Shown one piece after another: positions 1-12,241 of a DNA stretch of 43,388 nt. Source of the stretch: Tubiluchus corallicola (taxonomy: Eukaryota; Animalia; Priapulida); NCBI GenBank assembly GCA_030141605.1, contig JAQGDQ010001385.1, positions 1 to 43,388 on the forward strand, written 5' to 3'. How positions within the stretch are numbered: position 1 is the stretch's first letter; each line of letters opens with the position of its first letter. Position numbers and translations under genes: made by a program. The notes under the pieces are model-generated. The model was not told the origin of the DNA, made no database searches, and saw only the letters and a list, made by a program, of their open reading frames with translations.

Positions 1-325
1 TATGGTGTGGTGCTGTGTGGTGTGATGTGGTGGAGTATTATGGTGTGGGTGGTGCAGTGGTATGGTGTGGTGTGATGTGGTGGAGTATTATGGTGTGGGT
101 GGTGCAGTGGTATGGTGTGGTGCAGTGTGGTGTGATGTGGTGGAGTGGTATGGTGTGAGTGGTGTGGTGTGTAGGTGGTATGGTGTGGTGCGGTGTGGTG
201 GTATTGTGTGGTGCGATGAGGTGGAGTGGTATGGTGTGGTGCAGTGTGGTGTGATGAGGTGGAGTGGTGTGGTGTGGGTTGTGTGTTGATTTGTGCACAA
301 AATTCTTTTTGTGGGGTTTGGCTAG
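1..325 (+). mobile_element. 3' part of a non-autonomous Helitron-like unit (GT-rich array plus terminus), truncated by the window edge
   Basis: GGTGT-type array ending in hairpin CACAAAA-ttct-TTTTGTG (296-313), then CTAG (322-325) followed by T. Near-identical to 6544-6873. Confidence 0.7.
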
Positions 326-2151
326 TATTATATTAATATTCTTGGTATCTTAATATAAAAGATTCGAGGCTACAGCCCGGACGAGGGCACCATTTGTGGC
401 GATCTATAAATCAAACGAAAGGTCTCCATCTAGTGTCGTGCCATTGATGGTTTATTTTTCGAATTGGGCCCACCGCGAGGATGGGGAGGCGAAAAACCTC
501 GAAAAATGGCCATTTTTCGGCCGTTTTTTGTAAAAGTTATACGGCTGAGATGTAGAGAACGGGAATGGGCCAAGGGGGGTGCTGGGTATGGATAGATAGC
601 CCGTTCAGCGATGGGTGTCATAGGCCTATTTAGAATTCGCGAGAGCGCCACGGGGTCCCGCAACGGGCGTTTTCCCGGACACAACTCGCGATTTTTTCGA
701 AATTTTGATCAAACAGCCTGCGGGAAAAACGTTCTGGCGGCGCCCGGTGGGACTCTCGGAAGAAGATATATAGCTCTTTACAAAGAGGAAGGACAGGGCT
801 ACACGATGATGTGGGTTATATGTTAGGGCAGGTCCACCGAGAGAATTACCAACGAGTTAATTAGAGGTTCCATTTTCGGCAATTTTCGCTTAGAAAACTG
901 CTGACGCAAAGGCATTGTTGTGACGTCATCCATTGTATTCTGTCTATAATCTTATAGCTTTAATTCAGCAAAAAGCTGCCTGCTACGGGTTTGCGTTAGT
1001 TAAACAAACAGTAGGCATGATGTTACGGGCTTTGTGTAATAAATGAGGACTAGGTAGGATGTTCGCGTGTTATTGATTACACGTGTATTTATACCCAAAA
1101 TCTTTTGCGGGGCCTTTGCTATTTTTTTCAATATTATAGCACATAGTTTCAACTTTGTGAAAAATGTTTGGAATTGTTTTGTTGTAATGCTGTGCTGTTG
1201 GTGCTTGTGCTATAGGTGTCGTCATCGTTGCCACCATCATCATCATCATCATCAACATCATGATCACCACGTGAGGTGGTGGATTTGATGTGGTGTGGTG
1301 GTGGTGTGCTTTGTGTGTTGTGCTATGGATGGTGTGGTGGGGTGATAGGGTGTGTGTGGTGTGGTGTGGGTAGTGTGGTATGGAGTGGGTGGCGTGGTGT
1401 GTGGGTGGGTGGGTGGGTGTTGTGGTGCAGTGCGGTGTGATGTGGTGGAGTATTATGGTGTGGTGTGGTGTGTGGGTGGTGCGGTGTGGTGTGGTGCAGT
1501 GCAGTGGTATGGTGTGGTGCAGTGTGGTGTGATGTGGTGGAGTCGTATGGTGTGGGTGGTGTGGTGTGGTGTGTGGGAGGTGCAGTGTGCTGCAGTGGTA
1601 TGGTGTGGTGCGGTGTGGTGTGATGTGGTGGAGTGGTATGGTGTGGGTGGTGTGGTGTGTAGGTGGGTGGGTGGTGTGGTGCAGTGTGGTGTTATGGTGT
1701 GGTGCTGTGCAGTGTGATGTGGTGGAGTCGTATGGTGTGGGTGGTGTGGTGTGGTGTGTGGGTGGTGCGGTGTGCTGCAGTGGTATGGTGTGGTGCAGTG
1801 TGGTGTGATGTGGTGGAGTGGTATGGTGTGGGTGGTGTGGTGTGTAGGTGGGTGGGTGGTGTGGTGTTATGGTGTGGTGCTGTACGGTGTGATGTGGTGG
1901 AGTATTATGGTGTGGGTGGTGTGGTGTGGTGTGTGGGTGGTGCAGTGGTATGGTGTGGTGCAGTGTGGTGTGATGTGGTGGAGTGGTATGGTGTGGGTGG
2001 TGTGGTGTGTAGGTGGTATGGTGTGGTGCAGTGTGGTGCGATGAGGTGGAGTGGTATGGTGTGGTGCAGTGTGGTGTGATGAGGTGGAGAGGTGAGGTGT
2101 GGGTTGTGTGTTGATTTGTGCACAAAATTTATTTTTGTGAGGTTTGGCTAA
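326..2151 (+). mobile_element. Non-autonomous Helitron-like unit (long form)
   Basis: About 790-bp core shared with 5012- and 6874-. Degenerate inner terminus (CCCAAAATCTTTTGCG...CTAT, 1094-1122), (CAT)n, GT-rich array about 1290-2115, outer hairpin 2121-2139, CTAA at 2148-2151. Confidence 0.7.
1290..2115 (+). repeat. Strand-biased GGTGT/GTGGT minisatellite inside the Helitron-like unit
   Basis: Degenerate pentamer repeats with higher-order blocks such as GTGTGATGTGGTGGAGTGGTATGGTGTGGGTGGT. The His/Thr/Pro- and Val/Trp/Cys-rich ORFs here are translations of this repeat. Confidence 0.95.
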
Positions 2152-2830
2152 ATTAATTAATTAATATATTTATTAATTAATATATAGATTATAACACCAG
2201 TGCAAAGCTTTTGGAGAATAAGGATTTTTAACAAACCACAGACAAAGCAAAGTTCAAATAGAACTCTTTGTAATAATGAAAGTATTTATGTCGATGTCCA
2301 AACGTGAAATTCAGTGATGCCACGTAAGAATTTAGGAAGTGCCGTGTGGCGCAAATCTGTAAGTAATGGTTTGTTTCGTCATAAAACTGCGTATCGTAGC
2401 AACAGCATCGTATAGTGCAGGAAAAGGCAAGCCGTCTTCTATGCCGCGCTGTGGAGTGTGGTATCGTAGAGGCTGCAACGAACAGGGACAGATCGCTTTC
2501 AAAGGAACATCAAGGGTAACCGGAACGCGAAAGAAGGATCACCTTCTGTCTAAACGAAACTAGGGGGAAGAGAGTAAATATATGTCTTTTTTCAGTTTGA
2601 ACTTATTAGTGGTTACACAGTAACGCACGAGCCACGGTTTGAATCAGAGTGGCTCGCTGAGGGTCTCCCGAGTATGCTTCCTGGGAATTGGCTGTTACCG
2701 TATGGATTCGATCCTCGTCCGGCATGATTATATTCGCCGTATTGACTGTGACCTTTCATTTCCTAGTGGGAAGGTTTATACATTCGAACATGGCGTCGGA
2801 TGGAAGAGACAGAGGCTGAGGGGGATGGGG

Positions 2831-3300
<470 letters not shown>

Positions 3301-3423
3301 GATCAGAGATTATGATTACGTGAATATGCTATTGCCTACGGCTATTTTACATATTAAGTTAACGAACTATTATATTGACTGCTTTTTGTTTAAATTCGTC
3401 ATATTCTACACAGATAACAGAAC

Positions 3424-3855
3424 ATGGTAAAATTCTGTTTTGCCACCTTTGTCCTTCTTGTGGTGATACTGTCAACTACGGATGGCTGTCCAAAGAAATT
3501 TGCGCCGCCGAAGCCTAAGCCGATGCCTACTACTACTAGGGACCCCTACCATATAGACACTTTATTAGACATTCATATTGGACGTTGTACAAAAAAGACT
3601 TTTCCGGGGAGGGATGCGATAGGAGTATGTGAGAGGTGCGCCCGCGTTCTGGCACATATTTCTGGCGAAAGGGGTAGGACAATGTACAGAATGTGTTGCA
3701 ACAATCATGAGGTCAAGTTGTACAATAAGTGTCTCCACCATTTCAAGCAAACTGGTGCAGCGACCGATGCAGCTGGACCCAATCCATCAGCAGCGCCACT
3801 ACTGTCGCTGTTGCTGTTTGGCTTTGCAGTTATGAGAGTGAAACATTGCTACTAA
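3424..3855 (+). CDS. Small secreted cysteine-rich protein (143 aa): signal peptide, Pro/Thr linker, six-Cys domain loosely CHH/ITP-like, hydrophobic C-terminus (GPI signal or short TM)
   Basis: ATG in context AACATGG, preceded by a 3' splice-site-like CTACACAG (AG at 3412-3413). Hydrophobic N-terminus with likely cleavage TDG|C. Cys spacing C-x13-C-x2-C-x18-CC-x10-C. C-terminal GAATDAAG...LLSLLLFGFAVM. AATAAA at 4017-4022 followed by a GT/T-rich tract. Confidence 0.8.
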   Translation: MVKFCFATFVLLVVILSTTDGCPKKFAPPKPKPMPTTTRDPYHIDTLLDIHIGRCTKKTFPGRDAIGVCERCARVLAHISGERGRTMYRMCCNNHEVKLYNKCLHHFKQTGAATDAAGPNPSAAPLLSLLLFGFAVMRVKHCY

Positions 3856-4016
3856 GGTGGTGAAAGTACATCAATCTCTTTTACATGTTTCTATGCTCTA
3901 CACACAAGAGTTCTACTTTGTACAATGAAGTCAATGATTTGGAGATTGTTTTATATTTCTGAAAGAAACCTGTATTATGCCCATCATTTAGCTCCTTTAT
4001 CTGTGATATTTTTTTA

Positions 4017-4070
4017 AATAAAATACTATTATCTTGGTTTTGTTTGTCTCGTTTTCGTCCTTGTTTTATC
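4017..4070 (+). terminator. Polyadenylation signal of the 3424-3855 gene
   Basis: AATAAA at 4017-4022, then TCTTGGTTTTGTTTGTCTCGTTTTCG downstream element. Confidence 0.55.
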
Positions 4071-4229
4071 TGTCAACTTTAATTAATTTTATTTGAGTAG
4101 TTCATATATACGTTGATGTTGACTGTACTACGTAGAATATAGAACATCATTGCTTTTTACTGATGCAAGATGGGTTGCTTCTGCTAAATGTAATAACAAG
4201 AGCTGATTATTTCTGCCTATTTAATAACG

Positions 4230-4481
4230 TATGGAACGTCAAAATGGAATTTATTGCTTATTTTTGAATATTAATAAATCAGTTGTGAAACTTAACAAAT
4301 CATTTTTGAACATTAAAACGCCACGCATTTATTAATATTAGTTAATCATGTATATACATTTAAAATTAATTTGTTAATATTAAAAATGATTTATGAACAT
4401 TCAAAATTGATTTATTAATACAGATATAAATGTTTTATTAATATTAAAAATAAGCGTTAAAATCCACATTGACGTTCCATA
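4230..4481. mobile_element. AT-rich foldback MITE with about 48-bp imperfect terminal inverted repeats
   Basis: TATGGAACGTCAAAATGGAATTTATTGCTTATTTTTGAATATTAATAAA (from 4230) pairs with TTTATTAATATTAAAAATAAGCGTTAAAATCCACATTGACGTTCCATA (to 4481). Confidence 0.7.
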
Positions 4482-4854
4482 AGAGCGTAATGTGATCTCG
4501 GTTTCTGTATGCACACATTATATAAGACTCTAGGTGAATTTTGAAACATTGCCATATTTTTTAGCAATGAAAATGGCTTTCGAATTTGGTTTAAAGTTTT
4601 ATAGCATTTCAAGTATAGGTTAAATAGTGACAAATAGATTTGTCTAATACTTTTGAAGTCTGCTTCCTTGTAATATGAGGTGTGCCTTGCAAATTGTCTT
4701 AGTAAGAATGCGCAAGACTGTTATAGTATGCACTTTCATAAACCTCCTAATAGCATTCTGCTACTATTAATATAAATTACTCATCACCTAAATATAAATG
4801 AGCCTTTTCACAGTTCCAGCGATTGATGATGATCGTGAAAAGGTCAAATGTTAA

Positions 4855-5011
4855 GTGCACCAGACAACGCATTGGAATGGGTGGGGTTGTGTGGTCTTGT
4901 GTTGCGGTGTGGCGTGGGGAGTGTGTTGTGAGTGGAGCTGCGGGTTGGTGTGTGGTGTGGGTTATTGTTGTGAGTTCACGCGCAAAATTTTTTTGCGTGC
5001 AGTTTGGCTAG
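4855..5011 (+). mobile_element. Diverged Helitron-like 3' end (short GT-rich tract, hairpin, CTAG)
   Basis: GT-rich stretch, hairpin CGCAAAA-ttt-TTTTGCG (4981-4997), then GTTTGGCTAG ending at 5011. Same layout as the ends at 325 and 6873. Confidence 0.6.
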
Positions 5012-6873
5012 TCTATCTATACTCTTATATTAATATTCTTGGTATATATATTTATTTATTTATATATATATATAAGATACGAGGCTACAGCCCGGACGAG
5101 GGAACCATTTGCGGCGATCTATACATAAAAAGAAAGGTCTCGATCTAGTGTCGTGCCATTGATGGTTTATTTTTCGCATCGGGCCCACCGGAAGGAATGG
5201 GGGGCGAAAAACCTCCAAAAATGGCCCTTTTTCGGCCGTTTTTTGCAAAAGTTATACGGCTGAGATGTAGAGAACGGGAACTGGCCGAGGGGGGTGCTGG
5301 GTATGGATAGATAGCCCGTTCAGCGGTGGGTGTAGTAGGTATATTTAGAATTCGTGAGAGGGCCACGGGGTCCCGTAACGGGCGTTTTCCCGGACCCAAC
5401 TCACGATTTTTTCGAAATTTTGACCAAACAGCCTGCGGAAAAAACGTTCTAGCGGCGCCCAGTGGGACTCTCGGACGGAGATATATAGCTCTCTACAAAG
5501 AGGAAGGACAGGGCTACACGATAGTGTGGGTTATATTTTAGGGCAGGTCCACCGAGAGGTGTATTGGCGAGTTAATTAGGAGTTCCCTTTTCGGCAATTT
5601 TCACTTGGAAAACTGCTGACGCAAAACCATTGTTCTGACGTCATCAATTGTGCTCTACTCTGCTTATAACTTTAATTCAGCAAAAAGCTACAGGCTTTGC
5701 GTTAGTTAAACAAACAGTAGGCATGATGTTACGGGCTTTGCGTTATAAATGAGGACTAGGTAGGATGTTCGCGTATTGTTGATTACACGTGGTTTTTTAC
5801 GGAAAATCTTTTGCGGGGCCTTTGCTATTTATTATATTATAGCACATAGTTTCAACTTTGTGAAAAATGTTTGGAATGGTTTTGTTGTAATGCTGTGCTG
5901 TTGGTGCTTGTGCTATAGGTGTCGTCATCGTTGCCACCATCATCATCATCATCATCAACATCATGATCACCACGTGAGGTGGTGGATTTGATGTGGTGTG
6001 GTGGTGGTGTGCTTTGTGTGTTTTGCTATGGATGGTGTGGTGGGGTGATAGGGTGTGTGGGGTTGGTAGTGTGGTATGGAGTGGGTGGCGTGGTGTGTGG
6101 GTGGGTGTTGTGGTGCAGTGTGGTGTGATGTGGTGGAGTATTATGGTGTGGGTGGTGTGGTGTGGTGTGTGGGTGGTGCGGTGTGGTGTGGTGTGGTGCA
6201 GTGGTATGGTGTGGTGCAGTGTGGTGTGATGTGGTGGAGTTGTATGGTGTGGGTGGTGTGGTGTGGTGTGTGGGTGGTGCGGTGTGCTGTGGAGTGGTAT
6301 GGTGTGGGTGGTGTGGTGTGTAGGTGGGTGGGTGGTGTGGTGCAGTGTGGTGTTATGGTGTGGTGCTGTGCTGTGCGGTGTGATGTGGTGGAGTCGTATG
6401 GTGTGGGTGGTGTGGTGTGGTGTGTGGGTGGTGCGGTGTGCTGCAGTGGTATGGTGTGGTGTGGTGTGGTGTGATGTGGTGGAGTGGTATGGTGTGGGTG
6501 GTGTGGTGTGTAGGTGGGTGGGTGGTGTGGTGCAGTGTGGTGTTATGGTGTGGTGCTGTGTGGTGTGATGTGGTGGAGTATTATGGTGTGGGTGGTGCAG
6601 TGGTATGGTGTGGTGTGATGTGGTGGAGTATTATGGTGTGGGTGGTGCAGTGGTATGGTGTGGTGCAGTGTGGTGTGATGTGGTGGAGTGGTATGGTGTG
6701 AGTGGTGTGGTGTGTAGGTGGTATGGTGTGGTGCGGTGTGGTGGTATTGTGTGGTGTGATGAGGTGGAGTGGTATGGTGTGGTGCAGTGTGGTGTGGTGT
6801 GATGAGGTGGAGTGGTGTGGTGTGGGTTGTGTGTTGATTTGTGCACAAAATTCTTTTTGTGGGGTTTGGCTAG
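5012..6873 (+). mobile_element. Non-autonomous Helitron-like unit (long form) with intact 5' TC and 3' CTAG
   Basis: Starts TCTATCTATACTC immediately after the CTAG at 5011. Shared core, degenerate inner terminus (CGGAAAATCTTTTGCG...CTAT, 5800-5828), GT array about 5990-6835, hairpin 6844-6861, CTAG 6870-6873. Confidence 0.75.
5990..6835 (+). repeat. GGTGT minisatellite inside the Helitron-like unit
   Basis: Same repeat blocks as 1290-2115 and 1-290. Confidence 0.95.
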
Positions 6874-7662
6874 TATATTAATATTCTTGGTATGGGCTTA
6901 ATATATAAGATTCGAGACTACAGCCCGGACGAGGGCACCATTTGCGGCGATCTATATATCAAACGAAAGGTCTCGATCTAGTGTCGTCTCATTGATGGTT
7001 TATTTTTCGAATCGGGCCCACCGGGAGGAACGGGGGGCGAAAAACCTCCAAAAATGGCCATTTTTCGGCCGTTTTTTTGCAAAAGTTATACGGCTGAGAT
7101 GTAGAGAACGGGAACGGGCCGAGGGTGGTGCTGGCTATGGATAGATAGCCCGTTCAGCGATGGGTGTCATAGGCCTATTTAGAATTCGCGAGAGGGCCAC
7201 GGCGTCCCGTAACGGGCATTTTTCCGGACCCAACTCGCGATTTTTTTCGAAATTTTGACCAAACAGCCTGCGGAAAAAACGTTCTAGCGGCGCCTGGTGG
7301 GACTCTCGGAAGAAGATATATGGCTCATCAGAAAGAGGAAGAACGGGGCTACACGATGATGTGAGCTACATTTTAGGGCAGGTCCACTGAGAGGAGTACC
7401 GACGAGTTAATTAGGAGTTCTATTTTCGGCAATTTTCACTTAGAAAATTGCTGACGCAAAGGCATTGTTGTGACGTCATCCATTGTACTCTACTCTGCTT
7501 ATAACTTTAATTCAGCAAAAAGCTGCAGGCTTTGCGTTATTTAAACAAACAGTAGGCATGATGTTACGGGCTTTGTGTTATAAATGAGGATAGGTAGGAT
7601 GTTCGCGTATTATTGATTACACGTGGTTTTTTACGCAAAATCTTTTGCGGGGCCTTTGCTAG
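6874..7662 (+). mobile_element. Non-autonomous Helitron-like unit (short form, core only)
   Basis: Shared core ending at perfect hairpin CGCAAAA-tc-TTTTGCG (7634-7649) and CTAG (7659-7662) followed by T. Similarity to the other copies stops here. Confidence 0.75.
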
Positions 7663-7859
7663 TCTGTTATTAATTTTCATAATTTAAAGGCTATAAATGC
7701 TAGTAAAAGTTGACATACTGATTAAAATAGTAAAAATGCATAAAATATAAATAGCAATTTAAAAAATTCTTTAAATCATAAAAAGCTATATTTGTGCTAT
7801 GCAAATACATCTATAAGTGCATATGGGTTATATCAGAACGCCGAAGTTAATCTGTAGCC

Positions 7860-8220
7860 GCATTCGTTTCTGTTAAAAACATATAGAGAATTTGCCTTCG
7901 TTACTTGATTGCGAAGACTATTTCACTATACAACATATTGATATTTAATAGTGTTTCATAACATTAGTTTTGAATTTAGGAATGTGAAATTTATTATATA
8001 GGCTGGTTGTATAAGCATACGTCATTATTAAAAACAAATAAGTACAATACGTAAACCAATTTTGACAAACTTCTATTTCCTTAAATGAGCTACACGGGTT
8101 GTTCACACTTGCTTTTACTATCAACCGTGTGGCCTCATAACTGAATCGCGTCACACAAGCCATAGCAATCACGATGAAATTGGTGGGTTCAATGGCACAA
8201 CACAATGCATATAATCCCAA
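7860..8220 (-). mobile_element. Decayed L2/CR1-group LINE ORF2 3' remnant
   Basis: Minus-strand translation KFHIPKFKTNVMKH.../IKYQ...NSLRNQVTKANSLYVFNR resembles the LINE RT C-terminal 'P..RT...SI.Y....WNSL...' region, with stops and frameshifts. Confidence 0.45.
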
Positions 8221-8849
8221 GGCGGGTTCAAAAAGCTATCATTAGCTCGCTCAGGCTTAAAACACATTTTTGCTGTGATATCAGATCTGTACGTTTTTAA
8301 AATCGAAAGCGATGAACTCCAGTTTTGCCAGGTTAAAGTAACAATGTCTTATCTTAACCTATCTTACAACTTCAAAAGTCTCGCTTAGCAGAGAGGGAGA
8401 GGGTAGCAGTAGCTACATAGTAAATTGTACTAAACTCCAAACAAATGTATATTGATGAGTAAACACAATACCATTACCAATTCAATACCAAACAAAGAAA
8501 AATAGGCCTACAATCGGATTTTTACATGCATAATATGGAAAGAGCTACCGCCATTTACACTGCCTGTTTAACCCTCAAACTAAGTTAAGCTAAGCTACAA
8601 GCGACTTTTTGCGCTTAATTTTCAGTCTTCGTTCTTATTTTTCTGCAATAGCGCTGGGAGCTTTAATGTGGTTTCGTCTGGAATACTAAACTAAGGGCCG
8701 TCGTAAACCTGACACCATGGCTGTACCTAATTACCTCGAAAGAGTTAGCACCTGTACTGTAACGTGGGTTTTCCCATAAAGTGAACTTCAGGAATTACGG
8801 TAGCCTATATATAAAGTCCTATATGGATCTGTCTCGTAGGCAATCCAAT

Positions 8850-9330
8850 GTATAGATTGATAGATTTTATTTTGATTCAGTACACGTAGTACCATATTAC
8901 GGCTATTTACAACACGCATAAAAATTATTGATAAAACAGATTAAAATTTCTAACTAAAAATATAAAATATCTTGCCTAAAAATTACAACTTAAAAGCATC
9001 ATTATGATAACTTTCGCCCGTTTAAAAAACAGTTTTTAACGAAATGAGACAACTTATTTGCACGGAATAGTTCATAGATTTGAAGTTACCCAAAGTCGTT
9101 CACTGAGTTCATTTAGTAGACATAAGCAAACTACATCAGTGCAACTAATATTCTGTTCCAAGTTTTCACCTGTTTTAGTTAAAGTTATTCTGCTAATTGA
9201 AATAAAATTTTTACTCATGACCTTGAATCCGACGTACACGGCAGAAGCTCTATCACGACTGTTCTGTGCTATAGTTTTGCCACATTCTACCGAAAGTAGG
9301 TTCCTTCTGGTTCTTCGTATGTTTGTTTAG
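8850..9330 (-). mobile_element. Highly decayed non-LTR retrotransposon 3' end
   Basis: Minus strand gives LSVECGK and NKLSHFVKNCFLNGRKLS*, then AATAAAATCTATCAATCTAT tail. Same layout as the better-preserved fragment at 23588-24620. Confidence 0.3.
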
Positions 9331-9434
9331 GAGATGTGTTTATATTGTTTACGTTAGCGAAGTCTTGTTAGCGGAGTCTTCATTGTCAAAAATAATAGTT
9401 TGCCAAACAAGTTTATCATCGTAAAGCGGCATTA

Positions 9435-9627
9435 ACAGTCATCCGGGATGCGTGTGCGTTATGTGGATGCGGAATAGATGAAATCTGCTTGTGATGTTTT
9501 CAACGCACCCGCTTATAATCAGACCTGCGTTATGCGTTATTTTTTCTGCAGCTATTTCCTATTGATTTTTTTCGCTGCTATTCCGCTGGTGGATAACACA
9601 TAACGCATACGCATTCTGGATGCTAGC
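9435..9627. mobile_element. MITE, possibly PIF/Harbinger-derived
   Basis: CATCCGGGATGCGTGTGCGTTATGTG (from 9440) pairs with CACATAACGCATACGCATTCTGGATG (to 9622) at 23/26. Flanked by TTA/TAA. Confidence 0.6.
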
Positions 9628-10516
9628 TAACAACGCCATTTAATTAAAAGACCTTAAATAGAACGTACATACATCTAAAATGTGTTGCGACATTGTTTTA
9701 TAGGTCCGAGGCATAACATAATTTCATAATGTTATCTACCCGGTCATAATTAAATTGAAGAAACCAAATTAGTTTTAAGATTTTATTTCACAGCAAATTT
9801 TGTTCTGAACTAGTGTCATGTTGAAAGTCAGGAAAACAAGTGGCAAAAATTACAGGTGAAATCAGCTCAGGTGTGATAAAAAATTAGATATTATACTTAC
9901 TTGTAAGCTGTAGAAGCCAATAAAATTTAAAACAGGAAAGAGTAAAACTTAACAATTTTAACAGAAATGCCTGTAGATGGCAGCACAACGCAATGTTAAA
10001 AAGGAACGTACGGTGTAAGTATAACAATGTAAATTTGGTCTAATTAAAATAATTTCATTCTGTCTATCAATAATATTTTAAGATTTGTTTGCCTTCAGGT
10101 TTTCTAGATTTTTTCCACATATTTCAGGACAAATATTTTATGCAATTAACCTACATTCAGGCACACTTTTCTGGTGCACGAATATATAAGGTACAGAATC
10201 CTTACTCACTGCAGGTCAAGCTGCTTGGTGATAATAAAAATGACACATGTACCTAGAAGCCCTTTCTAATTATATCGAGATAACCCGGTCAGGTAATTTT
10301 TGCACTCGTTCGATCATATGTCATCTTGTTCATGTATTTGGTGATATCACCGCCTGTTGGAAACATAAAGTCAATTAGAATAGACATCAGAATCGCATCT
10401 TTTTATTTTTTGCAACAAACTCGCAGGAAATTAAGTACTGTTTTCCTGTCTCAAAATTCTCACGACTTGACATGACTCATTAATTCTGACAATAATATAA
10501 TTTTTATACAAAGTTA

Positions 10517-12241
10517 AGGGCATTTAACCACTTTGCACATTAAGAGAGGGCTTGTTATAGTCCTCCTCTATGCTACATTGAGGAAGGCGTTTTAATTTTT
10601 TCAACTGACAAGAAATAAAAAAGTCCTCCTCAATCTAGCATTCATGTTTGTGCCTCTGGAGCATAAAGTTTATTTTAATAATTTCAGCAATGTGGCCAAA
10701 GCTACAAATGACTGGGACCTATTAATAAAAGAAAGTTTACCTATGTACCTTAACACGTCTTCTCTTAAAGTGCAAAATATTATATGTTGTTCAGTGAATT
10801 CAGTTTTTGAAATTACATCAAAATCACGTAAATTTTGGCGGCCGACATTGTAAGATGACTCGCTGCTTTTTGACCAAAATTCAAACTTGTAAACATTTAT
10901 TTTATTAATTCAATCCTATAATTTTTGTAAATTTGTTTTTCTCATTCTTCGTCATAGATCAGGCAACACTTCTATTAAATGGGTCGCTTGCCTTTGCTGG
11001 TAAAGTTGCACTATGCATCACCAAGAAACATTCAAGTGTTAAAATGTAATATAGGTTAATAAATCATTGGCACTATCACTCATACTAAGCATTACTCGTC
11101 ATAATAAGCCGCAAACAAATAAATGACTTATAAACAGCTCTGTTATAAACAAAACACCAATAGTAGCTATAGCAGTTCTGTAATACTCTGCAGTACTATT
11201 TAGCTCTGCAATACTAAATACTCTGTTTTATTTAATAGTTCTTATTTACTAATAAAAATATTAAATATTAAATCATTCTTGTATTTAAATGCCAAAATTT
11301 GAAAGGTTTGTAGAAGAATTTCTGTGAGATGGTGAAAATAACTATAAGTGCACAAAATAATTAATATGTTGCAGAAAAAACTGTTACAAAAGATACTGGA
11401 CAAAATACGTTGTTGAAAATGCTGATGTAAATAAAATCATAAAGAATAATAATAATTGAAAACCCGAGTGCCAGAAGTACTTAAGTCGTATGTTTACAAA
11501 AGAAACAAGGGTTGGTGTCAGTTTTATAATTCAAAATTTTTCTCAGAAAAAGTATCCATTACTTGCGTATTTGTGAACTGAAACTGGCAAACAAACTACA
11601 ATTTACTGCAATTTACTGCAGGAGATACAGAAGTCCAAGACTGACCAATGAAAGAAGTTCCATGTAACACGTGACCTGCCAGGCTACTGTAAAAATGGCA
11701 GCCACGGAAAAGAAGAGGGAAAAAGAAACTCTAAAAACTGGTCCAGAAAGTTAATGAATAGTTATAATGGGGGTGCCATATTGTTTTCAAAACGTTTTTA
11801 ACATTGTTTTTGCCTTTTTTGCAAACCAAAAATAAGAAACAGTGTAATTAAAATCCTGAAATCCAGCCACTATAAAAAGTATCTACAGCATTGAAGTTTT
11901 GAAAACGTTGACTTCTCTCCCAATATCTCAAAGGTGTTATTTTGTGACTTCTTAGGTATGAAGTAAGTGACAAAAATACGTAGAATTTATCAGGCCAGCA
12001 TGGCTGCCTGGTGTTCTAACAGAAATAATCATTTATATTTCAATAAAAAGATTATTATGAAGGTTTGTTAAAAACTAGTGTATTGGGGTGTACAAAACAA
12101 GCAAAAATTTAGAATTGCTATAAAATGTATCCCAGTCCTACCCGCCGTGCCCTAACAGTAAAGTATCATCTTGGCCTATATTCCTATTGAAAGGTCATTA
12201 AAAAGATAGGCAAAAAAGGACCATTGTGTTAAATGGCCCTT
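10517..12241. mobile_element. Possible decayed non-autonomous DNA transposon (about 1.7 kb)
   Basis: Inverted ends AAGGGGCATTTAAC and GTTAAATGGCCCTT (13/14). Interior has AAAATGGCAGCC, CACGTGAC and GCCATATTG motifs, with no coding capacity. Confidence 0.35.

Noticed and set aside
1-300. Resemblance to yeast TG1-3 telomeric repeats
   Set aside because: The arrays are internal, bounded by repeated element sequence, and lie in an animal-type gene context.
38-2125. His/Thr/Pro-rich and Val/Trp/Cys-rich ORFs, including the 351-aa ORF, and their equivalents at 5776-6848
   Set aside because: Translations of the GGTGT minisatellite. Open in several frames, mostly with non-ATG starts.
2605-2730. tRNA-like fragment (TAGTGGTTA...GGTTTGAATC inside a GAGCCAC/GTGGCTC stem)
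   Set aside because: No complete cloverleaf could be folded. At most a decayed SINE head.
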